Below, piece after piece: positions 1 to 9,576 of a stretch of DNA of 64,000 nt (position 1 is its first letter; each line of letters opens with the position of its first letter). The stretch comes from Verrucomicrobiia bacterium (lineage in GTDB: Bacteria > Verrucomicrobiota > Verrucomicrobiia > Limisphaerales > UBA11358), in assembly GCA_049280815.1 (NCBI GenBank), contig JBAPQW010000087.1, positions 2,522-66,521 of the forward strand. The letters run 5' to 3'. Both the position numbers and the translations under genes were made by a program. The notes under the pieces are model-generated. The model was not told where the DNA came from. It did no database searches and saw only the letters and a list, made by a program, of their open reading frames with translations.

Positions 1-1648
1 ACACGGACGGCTTTACGGCGTCTTCGAGCGGTTTTTTGATGAGGTGCGCAATAAATATGACCGCACCTTGCAGATCGCCATGCGGCACCGCCGCGCCACC
101 GTCATCCTGTCGCTGGGGATTTTTATTGCGACGCTGTTTTTGTTTGTGATCATACCGAAAGGATTTTTTCCCGACGAAGACACCGGCCAGATCTTTGCCA
201 TCACCGAGGCATCCCAGGACATTTCTTTCGATGCGATGAAAGCGCATCAGCAGGCCGCGGCGAAAATTGTCGCCGCCGACCCGAACGTGGATGGATTCAT
301 GTCCGCCATCGGCGCGGGCGGTTCGTCCGCCAGCCTGAACAACGGACGCATGTTCATGCGCCTGAAGCCCGCCTCGGAACGCAAATTAAATGCGAATCAG
401 ATCATTCAGGAACTCCGCGTCAAGCTGTCACAAATTCCCGGGTTCAATGTTTACATGCAAAATCCGCCGCTCATCCGGGTCGGCGGCCAGTTGACCAAGG
501 CGTTGTATCAATACAGTTTGCAGGATACTGACACCAAGGAGCTTTTCCATTGGGTGCCCATTCTGATGGCCAAGATGGCGGCGCAGACCAATCTGCTTCA
601 GGACGTGACGAGCGACCTGCAAATTGCCAATCCCCAGGTCAACGTTGAAATTGACCGCGACAAAGCCGCCGCCCTCGGGGTCACGCCGGAGCAAATTGAA
701 AACGGGCTTTATGACGCCTACGGGGAACGCCAGTCGTCCACCATCTATGGCGACGTGGCCGAATACTGGGTGGTTTTTGAGGTCGAACCGCAATTCCAGC
801 TCGATCCGGACGCACTCGCGCAACTTTACATCACCAGTTCATTCACCGGGACGAACGGCGCGCCCAAACTGATTCCGTTGAGCGCCGTCGCCAAGTTGAC
901 CCGCAATATCGGGCCGACCAGCATTTCGCATGTCGGGCAACTGCCGTCCGCGACCATCTCCTTCAACCTCGCCCCCGGCATGTCCCTCGGCACCGCCGTC
1001 GAACAAGTTCAAAAAATAGAAAGCGACCTGCACCTGCCCGCGACCATCTCCGGCAGTTTTCAAGGCTCGGCGGCGGTTTTCCAATCGTCGGTCAAAGGGC
1101 TCGGCCTGTTGCTCATCGCCTCCATCATCGTCATCTATATCATTCTTGGAATTCTTTACGAAAGTTTCATTCATCCGCTGACCATTCTGTCCGGCCTGCC
1201 GTCGGCGGGTTTCGGCGCACTGCTGACACTGATGCTTTTTCGCCTCGACCTGAACATCTACGGCTTCGTCGGCCTCATCATGCTCGTCGGCATCGTGAAA
1301 AAAAACGCCATCATGATGATTGACTTCGCCATTGAAGCGCAGCGGAGCGGAAAATCCGCCGCCGAAGCGATTCACGAAGGCTGCCTGCTGCGGTTCCGCC
1401 CGATCATGATGACCACGATGGCCGCGCTCATGGCCACGCTGCCCATTGCGCTGGGCCTCGGCGCGGGCGGTGCCTCCCGAAAATCCCTCGGCCTCACCGT
1501 CGTCGGCGGACTGGTGGTGTCGCAATGCCTGACGCTCTACATCACACCGGTGGTTTATCTTTACCTCGAAGGATTCCACCAATGGTTCTTGCGCCAGCGC
1601 ACCAAGCGCGCGGCTATGCAAACGGGCATCAAGCCGGCAGCGGCGTGA
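1..1648 (+). CDS. RND-family efflux transporter permease (AcrB/MdtB-like), 5'-truncated by window edge
   Basis: Frame 2 is open from nt 2 (HGRLYGVFERFFDEVRNKYDRTL...) to the stop at 1646-1648. The translation shows a periplasmic loop followed by a C-terminal TM bundle, with RND-typical strings GLIMLVGIVKKNAIMMIDFA and RFRPIMMTTMAALMATLPIALG. Confidence 0.9.
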   Translation, partial: HGRLYGVFERFFDEVRNKYDRTLQIAMRHRRATVILSLGIFIATLFLFVIIPKGFFPDEDTGQIFAITEASQDISFDAMKAHQQAAAKIVAADPNVDGFMSAIGAGGSSASLNNGRMFMRLKPASERKLNANQIIQELRVKLSQIPGFNVYMQNPPLIRVGGQLTKALYQYSLQDTDTKELFHWVPILMAKMAAQTNLLQDVTSDLQIANPQVNVEIDRDKAAALGVTPEQIENGLYDAYGERQSSTIYGDVAEYWVVFEVEPQFQLDPDALAQLYITSSFTGTNGAPKLIPLSAVAKLTRNIGPTSISHVGQLPSATISFNLAPGMSLGTAVEQVQKIESDLHLPATISGSFQGSAAVFQSSVKGLGLLLIASIIVIYIILGILYESFIHPLTILSGLPSAGFGALLTLMLFRLDLNIYGFVGLIMLVGIVKKNAIMMIDFAIEAQRSGKSAAEAIHEGCLLRFRPIMMTTMAALMATLPIALGLGAGGASRKSLGLTVVGGLVVSQCLTLYITPVVYLYLEGFHQWFLRQRTKRAAMQTGIKPAAA

Positions 1649-1713
1649 TTTCCAGATTGTGTCACGCAGACCTTCCTGGGATCGCCAGCGCTCCCAGGTT
1701 TGCATTGCGAGTT

Positions 1714-3684
1714 TCAATTCAACGCGGCCGCTTCCACCTCGGTCACCTGGGGAATGTCCGTGACCTTGAGCACGCCCAGGTAATCTGGGCCTTCCATCTG
1801 CGATTGGGGCAGGTCTTCGAGATCCAGTTTGCGCACGCCCGTTTCGAACAGCGCGGCGTAAAGCGCGTTGACGCCCATGGAACCTTCGGCATGGAGTTTG
1901 ATTTTCGCCGCTCCCAGCCCGGGCAAGGCGGAAAGCACCTGCACCGCGCGGCGGATGTCCCACACCCGCATTCCGTCCAGGGTCTGGCCAAGCAGCATGA
2001 AACGGCGCCGGATCTTCGTCAGACGATCGTCCCCGCCCGACCACGCCGTGAGCCCAACGCCGCGCGGGGCCAAAAACCCAAGGGCCACGCGCTGGTCCAG
2101 CAATTCGCGTTGCCAGGCCTCAAACACGGCTGAATGGCTCGCCAACACGTCTCCACTGGCAAGTTCCTCCGTCAGCGCACCGCCGAATTCCGTGTTCATC
2201 GTGGCCAGCCAGTTGGTCCAACCAGTGGGATCAAGCACGCTGATTTCAACCTGCTCCGCCGGTTTCACCGCCGCGCTTTCGAGGAGGTAGAGCCGCAGGG
2301 AAACGTCGTGCTGGCTGGTGAAATCCCACGCGCTGAAACGGAGGCCGGCCCGCTCGACCGCAAAGGCGCGTATCGGTTCCAGCGGCGCCCCCTCGTCCGG
2401 CCAGCCCGCAAAGACTTTTTCCCGCAGCGCGGCGCGGAGTTCGGCGGCGGACTTCTTTTCCGGTTTGGCCAGCGGCACAAAGGTGTCCGCAATGTTGGTG
2501 TTGATCGAGTTGGTCGGCAGGGTATCAAACACCCTGAGTGATTCGGGCGGAAAGAACTTTTTGGCGGCGGTCTCCACGGGCCTTTCCGCACCCTTGAGCT
2601 GGCGGTTGAACCAGCGCAGGGTGGCTAGTTGCAATTCCGGGGTTTCGCTGTGCAGTCCGGGCGCCACCGCGAGGCCGAGTTGGTTGGAGGCGCCGTAAAG
2701 CCCATAAATACGCCGGACCTGCTCATAAATGCGCAGCGTGCTGGACAGCGGAAAAAGAGGGTCCTGGTCGGTGCCGCCAATCAGGAGCGGCCGCGGCGCC
2801 GCCAGGGCGGCGACCTGGGGAAAATCCCAGCGGTAGATGTTGATGAAGAAATTGCAATCACAGTGGCCGTCGATGACGCCGTCGAGCAGGTGGCTTTGCA
2901 CATCGGCCATGCCGGCCAGCGGCGCGGCCGCCTTGATGCGGTCGTCAAGGGCAGTGATGGTCCAGCTGTATGCGCCGCCGCCGGAATGTCCGGTGATGCC
3001 GAACCGGTTGGTGTCCACCTCCGGCCGCGTGCAGAGATAATCCAGCGCGCGAATGCCGAACCACGCCTCGACCCCTCCCGGCGTGTAACCGCGCGAGTTC
3101 CACCACCACAGGCCGTGGTTGCGCGTGCCGGTATGGATGCCCTCAATTTCGCCCGCCAGTAGCGTGTCCAACACCAGGCAGACGTAACCATTGCGGGCGT
3201 ACCACGCACCGTCGGACTGGTAAATCGCCTTGTTACCCAGACTCATGCCATTCGTCACAGCCCGGACGTGGCCGCATTCGTAAAGAATGGCCGGCGCGCG
3301 ATTGGTCAGGTTTTTGGGCAGGTACAAACTGGCCGTGCAGTAAAGGTCCGGAGACGCCTGAAAATAAATTTTCTCGACCGTGAAGCCGTCATTCGTAAGA
3401 CGCCCGGTGACCACCGGTTGGAGATCCGTCAGTTCCGGCATCGGCCACAACCCGAGCATCTCCTGCAATTGCCGGCGGTATTCGCCGCGCTTGGCCTTCC
3501 ATTCGTCCAGCGTGCGGATGTCCGCCAAACAACGCTGCGACAGCGCGGCTGTTTCGAAGCGAAAATAATCGGCGAGCCTGGCATCCCCGGGCGTGGGTTT
3601 GCCGGCGAGCCTGGGAATCTGTGCCTCGCCGGACAGAAATGTCCCCAATAGCAACGTCATCAGCAGAAGGGTCGCGCGCTGCAT
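1714..3684 (-). CDS. Secreted alpha/beta-hydrolase (acetyl-xylan-esterase / dienelactone-hydrolase-like)
   Basis: Long ORF. The likely start is M13 (MQRATLLLMTLLLGTFLSGEAQ), which gives a signal peptide. Nucleophile elbow GHSGGG (GxSxG). The N-terminal region resembles AXE1-type esterases. The family call is from motif recognition only. Confidence 0.75.
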   Translation of the reverse strand: MQRATLLLMTLLLGTFLSGEAQIPRLAGKPTPGDARLADYFRFETAALSQRCLADIRTLDEWKAKRGEYRRQLQEMLGLWPMPELTDLQPVVTGRLTNDGFTVEKIYFQASPDLYCTASLYLPKNLTNRAPAILYECGHVRAVTNGMSLGNKAIYQSDGAWYARNGYVCLVLDTLLAGEIEGIHTGTRNHGLWWWNSRGYTPGGVEAWFGIRALDYLCTRPEVDTNRFGITGHSGGGAYSWTITALDDRIKAAAPLAGMADVQSHLLDGVIDGHCDCNFFINIYRWDFPQVAALAAPRPLLIGGTDQDPLFPLSSTLRIYEQVRRIYGLYGASNQLGLAVAPGLHSETPELQLATLRWFNRQLKGAERPVETAAKKFFPPESLRVFDTLPTNSINTNIADTFVPLAKPEKKSAAELRAALREKVFAGWPDEGAPLEPIRAFAVERAGLRFSAWDFTSQHDVSLRLYLLESAAVKPAEQVEISVLDPTGWTNWLATMNTEFGGALTEELASGDVLASHSAVFEAWQRELLDQRVALGFLAPRGVGLTAWSGGDDRLTKIRRRFMLLGQTLDGMRVWDIRRAVQVLSALPGLGAAKIKLHAEGSMGVNALYAALFETGVRKLDLEDLPQSQMEGPDYLGVLKVTDIPQVTEVEAAALN

Positions 3685-3804
3685 AGGAACATCATGTTTC
3701 GAACGAGGACGGCGGGGCAAGACATTTGGCAGGTGCGCAAAAGCATGGTCGCGACCCGGTGACAGCGCCCCTCATGTGATCCCTCTACCCATATCGCGAC
3801 ACCA

Positions 3805-5892
3805 TCAGGGAGTGACCGTGACCGCCGAACTTGTGGCGTCAGGAATGGTCCCGCCAGCCGCTACACCATGAATGATGTCCGTAGCCGTGACCGTCTGTGG
3901 TCCGGCAGTTTTAAATTGCAGCGGCGCAAACGTCACCGTTCCATTCGCCATCGCGGTGTTAAGCGGGGTAATGGCGGCGCCGTCCGAGGTGGTCAGATTC
4001 ACATAGTCATATATGTCATTGATCACGTGCCAGGTGGCGTCACACGCATTGACGGTGACGTTCACGAGGCCGCCAGCGCCCAGACTGATGGGAGCGGGCG
4101 TTCCGGTCTTGCCGGCGGGTGTTCCCGGAGCGGCGGTCTCACCTGGAAGCAGGATCTGCAATTGGGTGTAAACCCGCTTGATCAGGTTGAAGAACGCAGT
4201 AGGCCCGGCAGGCAGCTCACTGCTGTCAACGAGCTGTTGCTTTTCTGCAATAATATTGATCCCTGAATACATCGTCGGTGATGTCCAAACAGACAGATTT
4301 GTCAGCTGATTGCCGCACTCCAAATAGAAGCCGCCAGCGGGAACCGTCCAGGCAACCCAATAGGCCGCACTGGCTGGCACGACGAGCACCCCGGCAGGAC
4401 CAATCGCCTGCGAGTTAGACCAAAGGTTGGTGTTCAGGGTGGCATCGGTCAGGAAGTTGTCATCCATGGCCGTGGGCGTGCCCGAAAGGGTGAAGTGTGA
4501 ATAAACCACCGCTTGATTCAACGCGTTGGCATTATTCGCCTGCCCGCCCAGATACATCCTGAGCCCGCCAGCGGCCGGGTCAAGATAACTGGCGTAGTAA
4601 GGCGTGATCACAAAGCTGGCGGTATCGCCACCCGGCGCAACCAGCATCACATTGGTGTTGGACGTGAACCGGATGGTCCAGGTTCCGGCGGCGGTCGCCG
4701 GGTTGGTGACACTGCCCAAATTACCGGTTTCGTTGGTGATGTTGTTGATCCCGGGAGCGATGGGAACCGTGATTGGCCCGCCAGGCTGGCTGCCCACAGC
4801 ACCGGTGTAATACACATAATTGGTGTAGGTGGCATTATCCGTCAGGGTCTGGCTGCCGCCATTATACATCGCCTGTTGATTAGGTCCGTTGACCTTGTAC
4901 TGGAGGTGCAACGTGGCGTTGCCGTTGGTATCTTGTTGGACTAACGCAATGACCATGTTGGGTTCATTCAAATCCGGAGAGTTATTCGCCGCATTCGGAT
5001 TCGGGCTCAGGAACAGATAAGCTTCGCAGCCGGCGGTGGCGCTTGCCGGTGCGGGCATGCTGGCGATGGTAAAGGAATAGGTGACGGGGTTGCCCGCGTT
5101 AGCCACGCCATACCAGGACGTGCCGGCATTGCTGATGCTATAGACCTCCTGGCGGTCATAGAAGGAATTGCCCCAGGTGCTGTTGAACACGTTCAAACCT
5201 GGAATCGCTTTGGCCACCCTTTCAATCACAGGGGGAGGAAAGCATATACACCTGAACCCTGGTTCTATAACGACATCGTCAATCCAAAAGGCAACGTCAC
5301 CGCTCCACGGAGTGGGCTTGTTGTCGTAGTAATCCAAGCCCAAAACTTGATTGATTTGGGGAATGGTATTGATCAACTGGTAGTTCAACTGCACCCAGCC
5401 ATTGGACGCCGTGTTCGGGACCAGCGAGAAAATTCTGTATTGATCCCAGCCGTTGACGGTTTGGAGGCTGATGCCCATCCCGGAAAAACCTGGTCCAGAA
5501 TTGAAGGCGGACAAGGGCATGGTGCTGACGTTCGTATCCCATTTGAACCAAAGGGAAACATTGGTGTACAACGTGAGATCAACCGGGGCGCCCCCATTCC
5601 AGATGCCACTGCCAGGGGCAAAGGTTTCCGGCACCATGATGGTGTCGGTTGAGTTGGTGGCAATCTTCGAGATGTAAAGCGCCCCGCCGCCGTTGCCGGT
5701 GTGGTCCTGGGTGCTGTCCCAGGCGAAGGTGGCGCCGCCGTACCAATTCCACATGTGGGTGGTGGAGGTGGTGGCATTGTCGAAGGTGTCCACGGTGATC
5801 ACCTGAATGCTGAATCCGACCGAGGTGGATAAGGCCAGCCCGAGAAGGACTGAAAGCAACCTGCTTTGGGTTTTCGGTTTCATGTTTTTCAT
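3805..5892 (-). CDS. Large secreted protein of unknown function (N-terminal jelly-roll/CBM-like region, C-terminal Ig-like region)
   Basis: 2.1 kb ORF. The internal start MKNMKPKTQSRLLSVLLGLALSTSVG gives a signal peptide. The composition is rich in N/T/G/A, typical of beta-rich extracellular proteins. No catalytic motif was recognised. Confidence 0.7.
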   Translation of the reverse strand: MKNMKPKTQSRLLSVLLGLALSTSVGFSIQVITVDTFDNATTSTTHMWNWYGGATFAWDSTQDHTGNGGGALYISKIATNSTDTIMVPETFAPGSGIWNGGAPVDLTLYTNVSLWFKWDTNVSTMPLSAFNSGPGFSGMGISLQTVNGWDQYRIFSLVPNTASNGWVQLNYQLINTIPQINQVLGLDYYDNKPTPWSGDVAFWIDDVVIEPGFRCICFPPPVIERVAKAIPGLNVFNSTWGNSFYDRQEVYSISNAGTSWYGVANAGNPVTYSFTIASMPAPASATAGCEAYLFLSPNPNAANNSPDLNEPNMVIALVQQDTNGNATLHLQYKVNGPNQQAMYNGGSQTLTDNATYTNYVYYTGAVGSQPGGPITVPIAPGINNITNETGNLGSVTNPATAAGTWTIRFTSNTNVMLVAPGGDTASFVITPYYASYLDPAAGGLRMYLGGQANNANALNQAVVYSHFTLSGTPTAMDDNFLTDATLNTNLWSNSQAIGPAGVLVVPASAAYWVAWTVPAGGFYLECGNQLTNLSVWTSPTMYSGINIIAEKQQLVDSSELPAGPTAFFNLIKRVYTQLQILLPGETAAPGTPAGKTGTPAPISLGAGGLVNVTVNACDATWHVINDIYDYVNLTTSDGAAITPLNTAMANGTVTFAPLQFKTAGPQTVTATDIIHGVAAGGTIPDATSSAVTVTP

Positions 5893-6209
5893 GGTCTGTT
5901 TTCCGGTGTGGTTACCATGCAAAATCCAGGCTGAACAACGCCCAAGAAAGCCAGTGCGTCCACTGCCTCAGGCCTTGATTCTTAAGGTTATATTAACACA
6001 ACCGCCCGGTGCTGCAGAAATAATTTTTATAAAAACTTATCCTCAAAATTACTAAACTGTTTTCCCACAGGAAGATACCGGCCATGGCAATTCATCCCCA
6101 ACCGGTTCGCATCCGTTCCCGCAGTGCCCAGCAAATGTGCCGTCCGAATGGGGCGGGGATGAAGAACGACATCTTTCGCTGCCTTGAAGCGATCCGCCGG
6201 CTCCGGCCA

Positions 6210-8060
6210 TCACGCGGGCGGGGTCGTCTCGCTTTGCAAGACCACGTAGAAGGTGCAGCCCTGGCCAGGTGGGCTTCTCACTCCGATGCGGCCGCCATGG
6301 GACACGGTGATTTCCCGGGCGATGGACAGCCCCAGCCCGGCACCGGTCTTGGTCTGGCCGGGCACCCGGAAAAAGCGGTCAAAAATCCGGGTATGATATT
6401 CCGCCGGAATGCCCGGACCCTGGTCAGTGACCCGGAATTCGATCCCATGGTCCGCGACCGGCGTGGCGCTCAGAACAATTCGGCCATTGAGGGACGAATA
6501 CTTGACGGCATTGGAGATGAGGTTGGTGAAAACATGGTTGATGCGCTGCCGGTCCACGGAAACGGCGGGCAGATCCGGCCGCACCTTGAAATCCACCTGG
6601 AGATTCTTGGTTGAAATCTTATCGGCCAGTTCCTTCGCCGCCCCGGCCAGCAATTCGGACGGAGAAACGGGTTCGCGGCGCAATTCGGCATTGCCTTCCT
6701 CCAACCGGGCGAGGTCGAGCAGGTCGTTCAAAATTCGCAACAGCCGTTCGGTGTCGCTCCGGGCCGCCGAGAGCAGTTCGGCCTGTTTGGGGGTGAGCGT
6801 CCCGACGGTTTTTTCGAGCAGGATATGCAGACCCATCCGGACACTGGTCAGGGGGCTCTTCAATTCGTGGCTGACCGTCGCGACGAGGTTGGTCTTGGTG
6901 GCATCCAGCAGGCGGAAGCGGGTGACGTCATACAAAACCACCGCCACCCCCAGCAGGGCGTCCTCCTTGCTCCGCATGGCCAGGATGCGCGGCAGGAAAA
7001 ACTTGTCCTCGCCGCGAATGCGATAGGTGATCGCTTCCTTGAAACTGTGGGGGAGGAAATTTTCCCCGCTGGCGAGGGTGTTCCGGGCGATGGCCTGCAA
7101 CCGGTCGGGCAACTGGACCTCCAATTGCAGGCTGGACATCAGACCATCCGCCGCCGGGTTCTTCAATTCGATGCGTCCCTCCTGGTCCAGGACGAAAATG
7201 GGGTCCGGAAACGATGCGAGCGTCGTTTCCATCGTGCGATGCAGGCGGACGATTTTTTCCGTGGTGCTCTGGCGATATTCCTGGAGTTGGGCCGCCATTT
7301 TGTTGAAGGCCAGGGCCAGTTCCCCCAGCTCGTCCCGGGTGGTGACCGGCACGGGCTGGTCGAGTTTGCCTTCGCCCAATTCCCGGGTCGCCCGGGTCAG
7401 CAGTTGAATCGGCTGCAGGATCGAGCGGCTGAGCTGATAACCGGCATAGGCGGAAATCAACAGCGCGACGACCGTGCCGAAAATCATGAGCCGCGTCATC
7501 TCCCGCGTGATGGTCCGGATGTTCTGGCTGGTGGCCAGGATGGCCTTGTGGTTCAGGTCATGGACCTTCTCCAGCAGCAGGTTGATCATCTGTCCGTTGG
7601 CGACCAGATCCCGTTCATAAACCAGCCGCTGGTTTTCCGGGGAATCCAGGGTGCTGATGGTGTCGACCGCCTTCAGGAAAGCCTGGTAATTGGTCGCCAC
7701 CTGCTGGCTCAGGTCCGTTTCACCGGGCAGCGTGCTGGCGTTGAGCAGCAAATCCAGGTTTTCATCGAAGCGCCGCTTGTTTTGATTGAAGGCTTTTTGG
7801 TCAATTTTGCGCTTGGGGTATACCAGCAGGTTGTTTTTATCGCCGGCACCCGATCCGGCCACCACCCAGGACACCTCCCGATCCATTCCCGCCAGGGCCA
7901 GACTCATCGCCGAGGCCGCCGTAAAACTCTGGTAATTGTTCGTCACCGTGGCGTCGACGGTGTTGGCCAGGCGCTCAAAGAGCACGATGGCATAAGCGCC
8001 CCCCGCCAGCAGAATGACGACGAATGGCGTCAGGTAAAGAAACAACCGGGTGCGTAACAT
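6210..8060 (-). CDS. Sensor histidine kinase (TM-sensor, HAMP, PAS-like, HisKA, HATPase_c)
   Basis: N-terminal TM helix. HAMP segment LGELALAFNKMAAQL. H-box VATVSHELKSPLTSV. G-boxes TDQGPGIP and GAGLGLSIAREI. It lies 14 nt downstream of an NtrC-type regulator on the same strand. Confidence 0.9.
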   Translation of the reverse strand: MLRTRLFLYLTPFVVILLAGGAYAIVLFERLANTVDATVTNNYQSFTAASAMSLALAGMDREVSWVVAGSGAGDKNNLLVYPKRKIDQKAFNQNKRRFDENLDLLLNASTLPGETDLSQQVATNYQAFLKAVDTISTLDSPENQRLVYERDLVANGQMINLLLEKVHDLNHKAILATSQNIRTITREMTRLMIFGTVVALLISAYAGYQLSRSILQPIQLLTRATRELGEGKLDQPVPVTTRDELGELALAFNKMAAQLQEYRQSTTEKIVRLHRTMETTLASFPDPIFVLDQEGRIELKNPAADGLMSSLQLEVQLPDRLQAIARNTLASGENFLPHSFKEAITYRIRGEDKFFLPRILAMRSKEDALLGVAVVLYDVTRFRLLDATKTNLVATVSHELKSPLTSVRMGLHILLEKTVGTLTPKQAELLSAARSDTERLLRILNDLLDLARLEEGNAELRREPVSPSELLAGAAKELADKISTKNLQVDFKVRPDLPAVSVDRQRINHVFTNLISNAVKYSSLNGRIVLSATPVADHGIEFRVTDQGPGIPAEYHTRIFDRFFRVPGQTKTGAGLGLSIAREITVSHGGRIGVRSPPGQGCTFYVVLQSETTPPA

Positions 8061-8074
8061 GACGTTCGGAAACG

Positions 8075-9439
8075 TTATTTGCCCGGGGCTTCCGGTTCAC
8101 CGGACATTTCCTTCTTCTTGCGATGCAACGTGTCGCGGGTGATGCCCAAAATCCGCGCCGCTTCACTCATCGTGGACGCCTGTTTCATCACCCGGGCGAT
8201 ATGTTCGGTTTCAATTTCCTTCAACGACACCCGGGCGCCAATTTGGACTCCCGGTGTCGGCGTCAGGGGCGAACCCTCGGACAGCTTGTCCGGCAGATCG
8301 AGCCGGCTGATTTCACCGGTATCGGTCAAAATGACGGTCCGTTCGATGACATTCCGCAATTCGCGCAGGTTGCCCGGCCAGGCATATTGCTGGAGGAGCG
8401 CCCCCGCCTCCCGGGAAAAACCGTTGAGCTGTTTGCCGCATTGTTTGGAGAAAAATTGCAGGTAATTTTCCGCGATTTTCAGCAGGTCGCCGGGACGTTC
8501 CCGCAAGGGCGGAATTTGCACGGCAATCACGTGGAGCCGGTAATATAAATCCTCCCGGAAACGCCCCTCCTGAACGGCCTTTTCGAGTTTTCGGTTCGTG
8601 GCGGAAATCACCCGCACATGGGCATGGCGCGCCCGGGCTTCGCCAACGCGTTCGTATTCCTTCTCCTGCAGGAGGCGCAGCAGCTTGGGCTGGATCTCCA
8701 GCGGCAACTCCCCGATTTCATCCAGAAACAGCGTGCCGCCATTCGCCAGCGCGACCTTGCCCAGCTTGTCGCTCACCGCGCCGGTGAAGGCGCCCTTGAC
8801 ATGACCGAACAACTCGCTCTCCAGCAGCTCCCGCGACAGGCTCGGACAACTGACCGTCACAAAGGCGTTTTCCTTTTGCGGACTTTTTTCGTGCAGCGCA
8901 CGCGCCACCACCGATTTCCCGGTGCCGCTTTCCCCCAGCAGCAGGATGGTGGCCGGGGTCGCCGCGGCCTTGAACGCCAGGTCCAGCGCCTTCTGCATCG
9001 CCGGCTCGGACGTGGTCAGGTCAATCGTCAGGGCTTCGGTCGAAAGCCGGGATTCCAGTTCCGCCACGCGGCCCCGGAGCTTGCGGGCCTGGATCAGCCG
9101 GCCCAGCGCCTGCCGGATTTGTTCGGGAGTGAATGGTTTGGGAATGTAATCCACCGCGCCTCGCCGCATCGCCTCCACCGCCGTTTCAATCGAGGCGTAG
9201 GCGGTGAACACGATGATCTCCAACTGCGGATGAATCTCCAGCAGCTTGGGCAACAGATCCAGCCCGCTATCCCCGCCCAGTTTCAAGTCCAGAAACGCGA
9301 CGTCGAATGCCCCGCCTTCCGCCTGCTTCAACGCGGCGGCGGCATTTTCCACGCACACCGTTTCGTGCCCGATCGCCTCCAGCACGACCACCGTGGCCCG
9401 GCGGATGTTTTCCTCATCATCAATAATCAGTATGCGCAT
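8075..9439 (-). CDS. Sigma-54-dependent response regulator (NtrC/AtoC family)
   Basis: REC domain (MRILIIDDEE...FLDLKLGG). AAA+ Walker A GESGTGKS. GAFTGA sigma-54 contact motif. C-terminal Fis-type HTH (AARILGITRDTLHRK). Start taken at ATG 9439 (MRILII). Confidence 0.92.
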   Translation of the reverse strand: MRILIIDDEENIRRATVVVLEAIGHETVCVENAAAALKQAEGGAFDVAFLDLKLGGDSGLDLLPKLLEIHPQLEIIVFTAYASIETAVEAMRRGAVDYIPKPFTPEQIRQALGRLIQARKLRGRVAELESRLSTEALTIDLTTSEPAMQKALDLAFKAAATPATILLLGESGTGKSVVARALHEKSPQKENAFVTVSCPSLSRELLESELFGHVKGAFTGAVSDKLGKVALANGGTLFLDEIGELPLEIQPKLLRLLQEKEYERVGEARARHAHVRVISATNRKLEKAVQEGRFREDLYYRLHVIAVQIPPLRERPGDLLKIAENYLQFFSKQCGKQLNGFSREAGALLQQYAWPGNLRELRNVIERTVILTDTGEISRLDLPDKLSEGSPLTPTPGVQIGARVSLKEIETEHIARVMKQASTMSEAARILGITRDTLHRKKKEMSGEPEAPGK

Positions 9440-9524
9440 GGGATATCCTTCTTCCGACATTCATGGCAGTCAGAATAATGAACCGGCGCGAAAAAGCGAA
9501 ACGGTTTCTTCCGCCCGGCATCTT

Positions 9525-9565
9525 AAAAATCCGTGTGCATCCGTGTGCATCTGTGGTAAAAATTC
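9525..9565 (+). repeat. ATCCGTG-type short repeat (tandem 10-11 nt units ending in GTGGTAAAAA)
   Basis: aaaaATCCGTGTGCATCCGTGTGCATCTGTGGTAAAAAtt lies 12 nt upstream of the gatB ATG. Near-identical copies are at 38575-38612 (inverted) and 38695-38722. Confidence 0.5.
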
Positions 9566-9576
9566 TCCGGCAATAT

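Noticed and set aside
1702-1714. The 13-mer TGCATTGCGAGTT shared with 20389-20401.
   Set aside because: Dozens of 13-mer coincidences are expected by chance in 64 kb on two strands, and the flanks show no similarity.
839-2044. Long antisense or alternative-frame ORFs opposite well-supported genes. Examples: 839-2044(-), 6825-8057(+), 8618-9478(+), 12161-13345(-), 27036-28118(+), 29455-30444(+), 30474-31625(+), 40280-41140(-), 44106-45554(-), 45797-47077(-), 51109-52353(+), 55260-56603(+), 58387-59364(+), 62226-63197(+).
   Set aside because: Their translations are Arg/Gly/Pro/Ala-rich and low-complexity, with no motifs. Each fully overlaps a gene with clear family signatures. These are typical shadow ORFs of high-GC DNA.
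5893-6209. Sigma-54 (-24/-12, TGGCAC-N5-TTGC) promoters upstream of the secreted-protein gene next to the NtrC-type regulator, and upstream of the lipid operon (35094-35400).
   Set aside because: Only fragments with the wrong GG-GC spacing were seen by eye, for example the reverse complement of gcaaatgtgccg. This needs a proper PWM scan, so I make no call.
9463-9576. N-terminal extensions offered by the ORF track. Examples: gatB from 9463, scpA from 20474, the HEPN-like ORF from 23518, the ABC ATPase from 55389, the 36818 start, thrC from 15750 and gmk from 41357.
   Set aside because: The canonical family N-termini begin at internal Met codons. The extensions read through repeats, IS ends or intergenic DNA.
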